From positions 14,136,001 through 14,200,000 of the forward strand of contig NC_135669.1 in the NCBI RefSeq assembly GCF_964188315.1: a DNA stretch of 64,000 nt. The letters are read 5' to 3'. Below the pieces are notes generated by a model. It had not been told where the DNA came from. It ran no database searches and saw only the letters and a list, made by a program, of their open reading frames with translations. The translations under genes were made by a program, and so were the position numbers. Numbering within the stretch: position 1 is the stretch's first letter; each line of letters opens with the position of its first letter. This DNA is from Podarcis muralis (Eukaryota). Below are positions 47,194 to 59,252 of the stretch, piece after piece.

Positions 47194-48071
47194 TACACTC
47201 TTCTCTGCAACTGGAAGTCTAAAACAGAAAATTGGGAATTGACACACACTCCATATGTATGTACTAAAAATGACCTGACAGCAAAAGATAACCCATAGGT
47301 TGCATACTGCCCACCCCTATTGCAGGCTGCTTGTTTTTGTGTAGGTCAGGGGGCAAGCCTGTTGAGGACTGCATTCCTTTGGATGGGGTATAACCCGAGG
47401 GAGCCATGTGGTGGCAGTGGGCAGACCAAAGACAACTGTGGGTGGGGCCAGATCTTTTTCTCCCTGCCCACACTTTTCTCCCTGCCCAGTGAATTGGATG
47501 GATTAGCTCATTTGTCTTGCCAGCATTCAGGTCTGAACTAATTGCTTCCAGGGGTCTTTTGAAACTGGGCCAAGACAGCCCTAAGGCCACAGGTTGCTCA
47601 TCCCTGATGTAGGAATTGGCTGAAGTAGCTGGTTTGGTGGGGTGGGAGGTTTAGACAAGCAATAAAGTTCTGCTTTGAATAGTGATGGGGAGAAATTTGA
47701 TTCAGGTCACATTTAAAGGCAAACTCACCTAATTCTCACTTTCTGAAACAGCGCAGATCAAAACCCAGGCACCCTTCAAAATTCACACTTCCTTGAATTT
47801 TGCAATGCAGTTCTGGAGCCCAGGCATACAAAAACTCATAAACTGAGATCAAGTGCCCATCAATTTTAATATAATAGTGAAAATAGCATACAAAAATTCA
47901 TAACTTTTGGTTAAAGCATGGACAGAAATAATGATAATTTTTGTGCATTTTTTATTATTACTGCAGATCGATGTGGAAACGGAATGGAACAGCCTTGTGA
48001 ATGAACACACGCAAAACGGCTGCGAGCCAGAACTGATCAGTCCGTCCCTAGAAGACAGTCTTGCTACTGGG

Positions 48072-50147
48072 ATGGCAGGTCAGTATGTCAAACTCATTTG
48101 TGTGTACAGTGGTACCTCGGTTTATGAACTTAATCCATTCTGGAAGTCCGTTCTTAAACCAAAACCATTCTTAAACCGAGGCGCGCTTTCCCTAATGAGG
48201 CCTCCCACCGCTGGTGCCCTTCCATCATTCGGATTCCTTTCTTCAAACGAGGTAAAGTTCTTAAACCAAGACACTATTTTGGTTTTGCGGAGTTTGTAAA
48301 CCAAATTGTTCTTAAACCGGACTGTTCTTAAACCAAGGTACCACTGTATCTGTGTTTAATTTATATCTCTGTGTGTACACACACTAAGATCACAATATAT
48401 ACAACAATATAGACAATAAAATGTAAAATACTATAAAGAAAGTGCAAAATGATCATTGAAATGACCGGTTGATCAAAAAATTAAACCATTACATGGATCT
48501 GTCTTGGTTAGATCTCTCTCTGCTGCCCGCTGTTCACTTTAGCCTAATTCTCAATTGGTGACTTTACAGGCTGGTTCAAGGCGCTTCTGCAGAAGTCCAG
48601 AAACACTTCCAACTCCTCAAAATGCCACTTGAACAATATTTCTAAACATTCGCCTTCACCTTCTCCGTTGAGTAGTTCCAGCACCCCAACAAGCAACTCG
48701 ACATCCAGCCCCAAACAGGTGCCCTCTGCCTCCCAGGTAAGCGTGAGCGTTTCAGGCAGCGCCCGCTGGAACAAGTTGTATGACGTGTGCATCTGCCACA
48801 ACGAGGGCGACCTTGGGTTTGTGGAGGAGCTGGTCTCCTATTTGGAGAGCCAGCCAGAACGCTTCCGTTGCTTCCTTCAGCTCCGGGACTCTGCCCCGGG
48901 GGGTGCCATCGTCACGGAGCTGTGCGACGCCGTCCAGAACAGCCACTGCTGGGTGCTGCTCATCACGCCCAACTTCCTCAAGGATCCTTGGTGCCGTTAC
49001 CAAATGCACCAGGCTTTGACGGAGGCGCCCATGGCGAATGGGCGCACCATACCGGTGCTGAAGGACATGGACCGCAAAGACTATCCCCGGGAGCTGCGAT
49101 GCCTCTATTACATCAGCGTGATGCTCCAAGAGACCAGCTTCAGGCAAATCAGAGAGACGGTGCTGCGCTGTAAGTAAGAGAGGGCTTCTTAGCAGCTGAC
49201 CCATTTCTGTGGGTGCATGTCAGGGAGCGTGCTGAGAAGGGTTTCACTGAGGAAGACCGGTGGGAGCCTCCTCCTGCTCCTGATCAGGATCCTGAATCTT
49301 CCCAGGAGCAGGAGGACAGTATAGATTTGGAACAGTGGTTTGCAGAGGGGCATAGTTCAGAAGGCAGAAGCTGGGAAATACTGGACGGGGAACAGCTAGG
49401 AGAAGAAAGACTGGGAGAGAGAGAGAGTTGACAGATTCACTGTCTCTGGAAAGCATTCATCCGCTCTCTCCAAGGTAAAAAAGAGCTGAGAAAGTGGCAG
49501 AACAGAAAGCACAGAGGGTACAAGCTCAGGTGACAAGACGTAGGAGTGACGTGGATGATAGGGACGTAAGGGGGTGGAATTCTTAGTTGGGAGCACCGTC
49601 ATTCCTAGGAGATGGGTTCTTTGTTCTCTCACTGTGATCATTAAAGTTTCTAACTGGTAAGAAGACTCATTTTCCTTTGTTCTGCTTATCTACTGCCACG
49701 GTGGGGAGGAAGCTGATTCCCTGAAGCCTGACAGCGCATCACAACCACAGTTTCTTCGTCCTCGCTTGTCTGACAGTCCTATTCTCTCCCCGCCCCCCTC
49801 CTCTCTGTCATAACTGCCTCAGCTGCCCCTTCTGATCGGCAAGTCCTAGGCTCAGTAGTTTAGACCACAGCGCCACCCGTGTCCCACCTTGTTTTAAGAC
49901 AACTTCCTATGTACAGCCCTGCAAGCCAATAGATGCAACTGCTTGTGGCAAAATGTTAGAAAGCAATGCCTGGTTAGTGGGTGCTAACCATGGAGTTTTT
50001 ATGAATGGGTGAAGGTTGTCTGAGGTTTCATAATTCTCTGGTTCAAAGCTCCTAACAGCTTTTGTCCCTCTCTCAGATCTTCAGGAGCTCTGTCAGAACA
50101 CAAGCAGAAGAGGCGAACTGGACATCCTTCAACAGAATAAAGGCTGA
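48072..50147 (+). CDS. TIRAP: TIR domain-containing adapter protein (Mal), 3 coding exons, 225 aa
   Basis: Exons 48072-48078 (ATG GCA G|GT), 48570-49169, 50077-50147; 678 nt. MAGWFKALLQK...YDVCICHNEGDL...LQLRDSAPGGAIVTELC...DPWCRYQMHQAL...YPRELR..VLR|YLQEL. TIR box 1 and the BB-loop proline are present. Confidence 0.93.
48107..48346. mobile_element. Tc1/mariner-type MITE in a TIRAP intron
   Basis: TA-CAGTGGTACCTCGG ... CCAAGGTACCACTG-TA. Confidence 0.87.
48570..49169 (+). CDS. TIRAP: TIRAP main coding exon (Ser-rich linker + TIR domain)
   Basis: tttacag|GC TGG TTC... to CGC T|GTAAGT. Confidence 0.95.
49218..49733 (+). mobile_element. Solo LTR (516 bp) in the last TIRAP intron
   Basis: Termini TGTCAGG...CCTGACA (TG..CA, 7-bp inverted). 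Flanks GTGCA / GCGCA are a 5-bp TSD with one CpG-type transition. ATTAAA at 49640-49645. Confidence 0.72.
50077..50147 (+). CDS. TIRAP: TIRAP terminal coding exon
   Basis: tttgtccctctctcag|AT gives YLQELCQNTSRRGELDILQQNKG stop, matching the recalled R|YLQ junction of the human short isoform. Confidence 0.8.
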
Positions 50148-50900
50148 GCCAAAGGAACATCTTGTTGTGCATCTGGGATTGGTGAAGAAGTCTTCGTGGT
50201 GTTCTCTCTCTCTCTAGCGGACCTGGCCTCTCACACCGTTTGAAGGGCAGATCCCATCCTAGCTTGCAGTTCACAGTCTGGAAAGAGCACAAACTGGTTA
50301 TCAGTCTGGTGTGCTTTATGCTCTGATAGTCCTAACTGGAATGATTGTGTTAGTTCTGCCCACCACAATCATAGGGACACTAATATGGCCCTCAAAGCCC
50401 TTTTTGGCAGCCTTCAGCAACATTTGAACCCCCTCCCCTCTTGCTTCCTTCCCAAAGGAGGGTGTGAGGGCTCTGATAGGGTCCTAGCATCTTCCTGCCT
50501 CCTTCCCAAAGGCTAGTTAGCACACACTCCCAGCTTTGGAAAGGAGGTAGGAGGGGTCTAGGACCCTGTCAGAGCCTTGCACCTCCTTTCCAAAGCCCAG
50601 CGCATTGGAAAGGCAGTTTGAGGGCTGGGAGAGGTGTCAAATTTGGCCTTGCTCCATTCACCCTCCTTGCACTGTGCAACAAGGCAGTGTGTGACCTGCC
50701 GGTTCCATGTCGAATTATCCTTACAGCCCAGTTGGTATGAAAGCTTGGACCACCCTGATGTAGACCAAGACCAAATGACCTTGTTATGCTGCTGTTCAAG
50801 ATTGTATAGGTGGGGAAACTTTTGCAGCTCAAAGGCCACATTCCCTTCTAGGCAGCCTTCTGAAGGCCATGTGTTAACGGTGGGCAGGGCCAGAGAAAAA

Positions 50901-51142
50901 GAAGAGGAGGAGTTTCGATTTGATATCCCGCTTTATCACTACCCAAAGGAGTCTCAAAGCGGCTAACATTCTCCTTTCCCTTCCTCCCCCACAACAAACA
51001 CTCTGAGGTGAGTGGGGCTGAGAGACTTCAAAGAAGCGTGACTGGCCCAAGGTCACCCAGCAGCTGCATGTGGAGGAGCAGAGACGCGAACCCGGTTCCC
51101 CAGATTACGAGACTACCGCTCTTAACCACTACACCACACTGG
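50901..51142 (-). mobile_element. tRNA-derived SINE
   Basis: Minus strand CCAGTGTGGTGTAGTGGTTAAGAGCGG...GGGTTCG head; (CTT/CCT)n tail. Confidence 0.75.
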
Positions 51143-53300
51143 AAAAAGTGGAAGGAGCAGTAAACGAAAATGTCACCTTTAAGCTAGTTTCTACAGACTC
51201 TCCCACACACCCCTCTCTATCCTCCATCCAGGCAATAAAAGGGGCATTATCAGAGCTCAAGGACACAGTTGAGCCAAGCAAAAACATGGGCTGTGAGGGA
51301 GAGGCAGTGAGGGGTGTGGCCTGGAGCAAATTCTAGGGCCAGACAGAGGCGAGGGCCACATTGGGGACACCCAGGCCTGACATTCCCCACCCCTGACATG
51401 TCTATTTTGACCTCTCCTTCAATCCACCACATGCAAATCTGGATGAAAATAAGCTGTGTTCTGCATTTCTTCCCTACCACATGACCTGGATGAATCAGCC
51501 AGTGAGTGGATAGAGTGGGAAGAAAGTTAATACTCCATCTAATACTTAACAATTTTCTTGTCCGCTACAAATTTTAGCCGAGGAAGTGGGGACCCTGTGG
51601 TCTTCCAGATGGTGTTGGACCTCTCATCAGCCTGCATGGCTAGTGGCCAAGGATGACAAAGACTGTTGTCTAGCACCAGAAGTTCTCCATCCCTGTTATA
51701 GCCTATGGAATAGGTGTCTCAATGTATTATTTGGATGTTCAGTTTGTTTTGCAGGCCACTTTGCCAAGAAGCAGAGATAAGGGCAGACTTTTTGCTGTCA
51801 ATGCCTATTTTTGTAATGTTATAGAATGTGATTTTTGTGTGTTTAAGTCAAAACTTAATTCATTCACTTAACTTTTCTCTAAGTAAATGTATTTGGAGTA
51901 GACCATTCAGTGTCGTCGTCTGATGTTCTGGACAGCATGGCGCGTTAACATGATTTTGCTTAGCAACCATTATGAAACCATAGCAGTTTTGGTTCCTTTT
52001 TGCTTCTCTGAGTTGAAGGCCGTTGTGTAACACAGAGCACTGAGTAATAGTGAAAGCAACGGTAGAAACCTCATCTTTTTACAAGGCAAATCAAAGTCTT
52101 TAAGCAAACCAAAACTTCAGAGTGTAGTTCTGGTGATTCTCCCACAGAGCTTCCGACTGGCTAAAAAACAGCCCAGACTTCCCTCTTATAACTAAGGAAC
52201 CTTGTTGGAATGTCACATGATTTTAGGCACCAAACTGTTCAGATCCAGCAGTTATTTCAAACCTCCTCCACCCACCCTGTTCTAATTCATCACTGGTCCA
52301 GTTAAACCCTTGGAGCAAACACAACCCAACACACCAACCCTGTAAGCTTGTGCACACATTATACTGAATGCAGGTACAAGCTCTTCTGTACATGTGTATA
52401 ATTGTTTGTGCAAAAAAACACAGCTTTCTTGATTTGTACAGATCAGCAGTGTACACAGACTGTAAACTTGTTGCATGTTACATGTAAATAATGATGAACA
52501 GATCAGCTAATATGTCCACAGATTGTGCTTTGAGTGTATTGTGACTTGGAACTGATTTCAGTTTACTCGGCACTTTTATTGAATTGGGTGCTACTCTACC
52601 TGCCTACTATTGGTAAACAGGATGTTCGCAGTGGAGATAGAGGGATAAAATCCCCCTTCTATTTACCTATACTAATTCATGGCCAATGGGATCCCTAGAG
52701 AGGACAGTTCTACATGATGCACTAGAAGTTCTGGCTGTGTGCAACTCTAAAAAGCTGGCACGTAGGCTGCAACCCACAATATACTACTTATTATTTATTA
52801 CTCGCTCTTCACCCTAAGGTGGGCTTACCATTTATTTATTTCAGGGTGGTGTTCCAGGTTGTGAAGAAAATTCAGACAACATAAATGCTGTATCGTTGAA
52901 ATACTAGGGAGTAAGTCCTGTTGGACACAATACTTGCTTTCATGTAAACATTCATAGGGTTGTACTGTGTGTTGCATGAAATTAAGGATCCTATACAAAT
53001 TGATCTGCAAGCTGCCTTCTGAGCAGATATGCACAGGATTGCAATGTACGTAGTTTGTCTTGATAAGAAAGCAAGACGTCTAGGGTTTGAATTGCGAGGT
53101 ACCACTGTATGGAGTTTGTGGCTTCTCGTTTGAATCTGGATACAAAATTTGATCTTTCCTGGGCAGAAGCGAGAGCTGCCTTTTGAAAACAGCTTAGAAA
53201 AACACGGAACTAGCCTAATAGTGATTGGATAGCAGTACTGCCTCTATCCCAAACAAAAGATAGCAGGAAAAAGCAACCTATCTCCTTTAGTTTGCATGTA

Positions 53301-53535
53301 AGGTAAAGGGACCCCTGACCATTAGGTCCAGTCGTGACCGACTCTGGGGTTGCGGCGCTCATCTCGCTTTATTGGCCAAGGGAGCCGGCGTTTGTCCGCA
53401 GACAGCTTCCGGGTCATGTGGCCAGCATGACTAAGCCGCTTCTGGCGAACCAGAGCAGCGCACGGAAACGCCAGAGCGGTCCCTATTTATCTATTTGCAC
53501 TTTGACGTGCTTTCGAACTGCTAGGTTGGCAGGAG
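53301..53535 (-). mobile_element. Sauria SINE, 5'-truncated
   Basis: 12-bp TSD AGTTTGCATGTA (53289-53300, 53536-53547). Confidence 0.9.
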
Positions 53536-53769
53536 AGTTTGCATGTAGTTTTGCTTTAATAATTTCAAATCACAAGGTGCCTGCTCGCAAACCGATGAAA
53601 GCTCATGGCTTCTGCATGCAATTAATCTGAACAGACAATTAGATCCTGAGAATTCTCCGCTATTTTTATTTATTTACCGCTGTTATTTCCTGCCCAGCTC
53701 AGAAGTTTTGAAAAGTGCCTAAAGGGGCCCTGAAGTTCCACGTGCATACCATTGCATTTCAGCTCTACA

Positions 53770-54270
53770 CTTTTCCTGCGTCTACGTTGGGAATGTGACC
53801 GCGCTCCAACGCATGCGTACACTGACTTGGTAAAGCTCCTTTTTCCACCACCCCCGGTAGTTGAGACCTCCCTGCCAGCAGAGGGAGCTGCCCGCCCTGA
53901 CGCTCAATAGTTGAGCGAGCGCGGGAAGAGTTTGAGACCACAGCGCATGCGCGCCAACCGGTTCTAGAGAAATGGCGGAGTCCCCTAGCGCTAAGCGAAA
54001 GCGTGAGGCGAAAGATGGAGAGAACGGGGACGCCGAGTCCCAAGGGGAAGGCCCCGGCGCTGGCACCTTCCCCTTGGCTGACATCTCCGTGCGCAAAGTG
54101 CTTAGGGAGTCTGCGCGCGACAAGACCATCTTCCTTCACGGGCAGGTAGTAACGCTTGTTTCTGGAGCCGATGAGGGCCAATCAAATTCAAGGGGCGGGG
54201 CTTGAAGTAACGGCATTATTTTACCCCGCCTCTTTAGGAAGATCCCATTCTTTATCACCAGGGGACGCCG
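53770..54270. promoter_or_regulatory. DCPS CpG-island promoter
   Basis: CpG-rich; NRF1-type GCGCATGCGC at 53943-53952 and ACGCATGCGT near 53809; GC boxes. Confidence 0.75.
53972..54145 (+). CDS. DCPS: DCPS exon 1
   Basis: 58 codons, phase 0 donor CAG|GTAGTA. Confidence 0.92.
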
Positions 54271-57200
54271 TGGGAAAGTGGGCTGTGCCAAAAAGGGAGG
54301 GGGAGGTTGAGAAAGTTGACAATTTTCTTTTCTAAGAGGATGCTGTGCTTCTTTTTATTTTATTGTATTTATCATATCCTGCCCTTACTTCCAAAGGAGC
54401 CCCCGGGTGCCAAATTTATACCCTTGCATAAAGTAGGTGACTTTTTTTTGTGAGTTAACATAAAGTTGGTTTTTTTATGCATACAACCTTCCTGATCTCA
54501 CAAAGATCTTCCTGCATAAAAATTATAATAGCGCCGGTGCGGATTATGACATATTACAGACATTCACACACGGCATTTATTTTTACAGTGCAGCCAGTGT
54601 GCTACAGTGAACTTGAAATGTGTGTATGTGTTTGATGCTGTTTATGGTATTTTGGTATTATTATTATTATTATTTATTTCTAGACTGCCTTTCATCTGAA
54701 GATCACAGCACAGTTTACAGTACAAAAATACATACCGTAATTACAAACAAAAACAATACCCCCATACACACACAGTTTTAAAAGGCCGTAAAGATAAAGG
54801 GACCGCTGACCATTAGGTCCAGTCATGGCCGACTCTGGGGTTGTGGCGCTCATCTCGCTTTATTGGCCGAGGGAGCCGGCGTACAGCTTCCGGGTCATGT
54901 GGCCAGCATGACTAAGCTGTTTCTGGCGAACCAGAGCAGTGCACGGAAACGCCGTTTACCTTCCTGCCAGAGCGGTACCTATTTATCTACTTGCACTTTA
55001 ACGTGCTTTCAAACTGCTAGGGTGGCAGGAGCTGGAACCGAGCAATGGGAGCTCACCCCGTCGCTGGGATTCGAACCGCCAACCTTCTGATCGGCAAGTC
55101 CTAGGCTCTGTGGTTTAACCCACAGCGCCATTAGCCAAAGGCCCAGGAGAAGAGGAATGCTTTTGCCTGGCATGGTTGTATAGTATTGTATTTTTTCATA
55201 GTAAACTGCCCTGGGGTGTATTTGTATGGAGAGTGCTACCTTGAAATATAACTAAATGCGTTCAGAATACAGTATAAATGTAAACTGTTGGACATAGATT
55301 ATGGCATGTGCTGTCAACCTTTTTGGGCCCATAGGCACATTTGTAAAGAGGATAAATCACCAGGGTTTAGGCTACTAAACATTTGACATTTTTAATTGTT
55401 TTTACCGTGGCAATACTGTGTTTTTGGTTTGTATGCCACCTTGTGATATTTCTTATATGAAAATAATAAATAATAAATGCAGGAAGTATTCCAAAATAGG
55501 ACTACAGTGGTACCTCGGGTTACATATGCTTCAGGTTACATACGCTTCAGGTTACAGACTCCTCTAACCCAGAAATAGTACCTCAGGTTAAGAACTTTGC
55601 TTCAGGATGAGAACAGAAATTGTGCTCCGGCGGCGCGGCAGCAGCAGGAGGCCCCATTAGCTAAGTGGTGCTTCAGGTTAAGAACAGTTTCAGGTTAAGA
55701 ATGGACCTCCGGAACGAATTAAGTACTTAACCCAAGGTACCACTGTACACCAAAGTCCTAATCATCTAAAATGATAGCAGTTGTAAGGCAGTGATCATCT
55801 TTACCTCCTGTGGATAAGGGTTGTGGAAAATCCCAGTACCCTGGTTGTCCAGGCACCAAGAAATGTTATGTTTGTGCTTACAAATGTGAAATGCCGATTC
55901 AGTTGTTAGGCGCTGCTACTTACAAATCTGATGCTAGCGCATAAGAGCTCAAAGGTGTTTCAGAGGTATTCCACCCACCACTGCCACCCCTTGTTCCTTC
56001 ATAAATAAAACTACTTTTCAATAAAACTTTACTTAGAGAGGCTATAGAGCTCTGAGACCCTGTATACTTTGTTTGGTAGCACTAGGATAAGTGACAAAAG
56101 TATAATTGAACACCACTGGTTTTTATGTGGTCATGCAGCAACACCGATTATGGTTATTGCCATCATGGGTAATAAGTTATAATTGGAATTGGTAGAATTA
56201 TAGCTGTGGTTATTATAATATTAACTGTCTTTTATGGTGGGTGCTTATCTCTGCAATAATGAGTGGGTAATGACAGAAGGGAATCCTCATCTGCTGTGGT
56301 CAAGGCAGAGATGCAACGTTATCTTCTTCACTCTCTAAATTTTAACTGATTCCCAACCTATTTGCAAAGGCTGTGGAGCATACTTTATATAGGCCCCAGA
56401 ATTTGGATGCAAAAATATTTTCTTTCTCACTTTTTACCATATTTATTATAAACCATTTACATACATGTTTGCAATGAAGTAGATGTGGAATACTGTACGT
56501 ACTCTGGCTGCAACATCCAAAGAAACGGGGAAGATCCTATTACAAGGACGCAAGAATAGCCTGGCCTACAAGGCTCTTTTCTCTAAACCTGCCTCATACC
56601 TGGCATAGGTGACATAAGATGTGGGGCTAGTGGAGATTTGGCTGCCAGTCGGGAGCCTTAAAGTACAAGGGAAAACAGGCTTTGGCTGTACTGCCCACCA
56701 GCCGGTGAGCTGTGTAAGCACAGCCTGCTGGATTGAGTGCACAGGGTGCATTGAAGTCCCAACTTCATAATAATAATAAATAATAAATTTTATTTATACC
56801 CCGCCCTCCCCAGCCAAGATCGGGCTCAGGGCGGCTAACACCAGGTATAAAAACAGTTGATTGAAATAGAACTTAAAAACAAGATTAAAATACAACATTA
56901 AAATGCAGCCTCATTTCAATAGGAACTCAAATCAAAAACTTTTGGGGGGATGAAAACGTCAAGTCTTCACCAAGGCCAACTATCCAGACTGGTCCTGCAT
57001 GGGCTAGAAAAAAGCCAGGGAAGTCCCCACATAGGAGTTCCATCACAGAAGGAGAAAGGAAAAAGGAAAGAGGGGGAGGGGATCAAGTTGATTCCAAGCC
57101 AAAGGCCAGGCGGAAGAACTCTGTCTTACAGGCCCTGCAGAAAGAAATCAGATCCTTCAGGGCCCTGGTCTTATGAGACAGAGCGTTCCACCAGGCTGGA

Positions 57201-59171
57201 GCCAGTGTTGAAAAGGCCCTGGCTCTAGTTGAGGCTAACCTGACTTCCTTAGGGCCCGGGACCACTAGGGTGTTGCTATTTATGGACCTTGAGGCGCTCT
57301 GTGGGATATACCGGGAGAGGCGGTCCCATAGGTACGAGGATCCTAAGCCGTTCAGGCTCATTTTGACAGGTGGGTAGCCTGCCATAGAGACAAGAAGGTT
57401 TCCTACTCCTGTTCTATGGGCACCAGAAAAGAGGAACTGTGATTGTCATAATATTGGAGAGGATCAAAAGGTTCCCTAGGGCTATCCATTCACTCACCAG
57501 CCTCCGTCCTCCCCAAATCCACCTGTTCTGTTCTGACCCTTAGCAGAGTTGCTGCGGAAGACAGAATAGATGTGCTACTATTTCAGAGCAAGTACTTCAG
57601 GGTGGCTCAGGCAAATAAGCCAGGCTGCATGCAGAGGAAGGCCACCCACAAAGGCACTGGCCAGTCTGATCCTCATCTGGGTGGAGGATTCTCTTCTGAT
57701 CCCACTAATGTGGTCCCTAATCAGTCCCTGTGAGAGGAAGCCCCATCCATTGAGTAAATCTCTCTGTGTGCTTCCTTTCGAGCATCTTTCCCCTGTTGTG
57801 GCCTTTGTTGAAATTCAGGAACTGGATCGGGTTCAGCAGCCTTCTAGGTTTGGCAGCCAGGAATAAATGAGAGGCTTAGAGGGCAATCTTATTATACTGT
57901 GCGGTGCAGGAGGGGGGGACTGTGTGTGGAATGGGGCACAGGTTGCATTGTTCCACCTAACAAAAGCACTAGATACCCATCTCGAAGCTTAGATTATTTT
58001 TTTTCTTATTAGCATATCTATTGCTTTTAGCCTGGAGATCAGTTTTTCATGTTTAGTGTTTAAAGTGGAATTGAATTGCAAACTAGCAGTTAACTGAAAT
58101 GCTGTAAATAAGATGGATGGAGTTGTCACTTAGGAGGCCATAAAAACGGGAAATTTGCAAGTACTCTTTTAATTCACCGTTTACAGCTGTACAGTGTTCG
58201 GGAGGCAGGTTCTTCCTTGCGGGCGGGGGCATACAGTTGGGTTAGTTCTTTTATTGTCCTCTGTAAATCCTCTTCCCAGATAGCCAAGGCACATGATGAA
58301 GTGTCAGGAAATTGCACGGCATCTCTATAATTTCCAAGTAGCATGTAAATTCTAGATGAATGGCTTTTCGAAAGGACTTGGAAAATGGATTAGTCTCTCT
58401 AGGTCAAATTCAGGGTGGGGAGGAGGAGCTGAAACTTTTCAAGGCGTGGAGGATCAATAAACCGGAGTTAGAAGGCGGCAGCAGCAGCAGATAATGTGTT
58501 TCTGTTGGAACAGCTAAGGTCAGATTTAATAGATGTAAGTAGGACCTGCAATAAAGTGTTGCAGTCTATCTGTGTCCCACCAGGTTGCATCTATAGTATA
58601 GGAATTTGGAACCTATGATGCACGTCCACCCATCCTAACCAGCCCCTGCCTTCTAGAAGCTTACTTTAAGCTGCTGGGAAAGGATGAGGAGCCTGTTGCT
58701 CTTCAGATGTTATTGGACGCCCACCATCCCTGATGATGGGAATTGGAGTCCACAACAATGAGAAGGCAACACATCTGCTGCCCCTGGTGTAGACAGTTCT
58801 AAACTAGATGGACCAATGGTCTGACTCTGTAGAAGGCAGCTTCCTGCAGTCCTGTGGATCCCAGGCATCTTCGTTGCACTTGCTCTTGTAAAGATTGGGA
58901 TGACCCACGTGATTGCCTGCTTCACACAATCAGATCCTGACTTAGTAAGTTATGCTTCAGCTTGCTTGCTTCCCCCATTGTTCCCTCCCTTGGCTTCTGG
59001 ATCCTGGTGTGCTTGGAAGCCGTGAATCATAGTAATGGGAAGCTGTGGTGAAATGCAACTTCCTGGGTCCAGTTCCACGAAGCTCATGCTTATTAAGCCA
59101 GAATTTGATTGTGCAAACTTGACTAATATGTGTGAAATGTCATTAATCACTTCCATTCATCCACTATATCC

Positions 59172-59252
<81 letters not shown>

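Noticed and set aside
48752-49204. 150-aa antisense ORF and alternate-frame ORFs over the TIRAP TIR exon
   Set aside because: GC3-rich coding exon produces shadow ORFs; there is no independent start or splice support.
49213-49431. Acidic 72-aa ORF (EPPPAPDQDPESSQEQED)
   Set aside because: It lies inside the solo LTR, starts at a GTG just outside it, and has no recognisable domain.
58285-58435. Possible C/D box snoRNA in DCPS intron 1 (ATGATGA ... CTGA)
   Set aside because: Boxes are about 140 nt apart and I saw no terminal stem. A cmsearch/snoscan run would be needed; unsupported as it stands.
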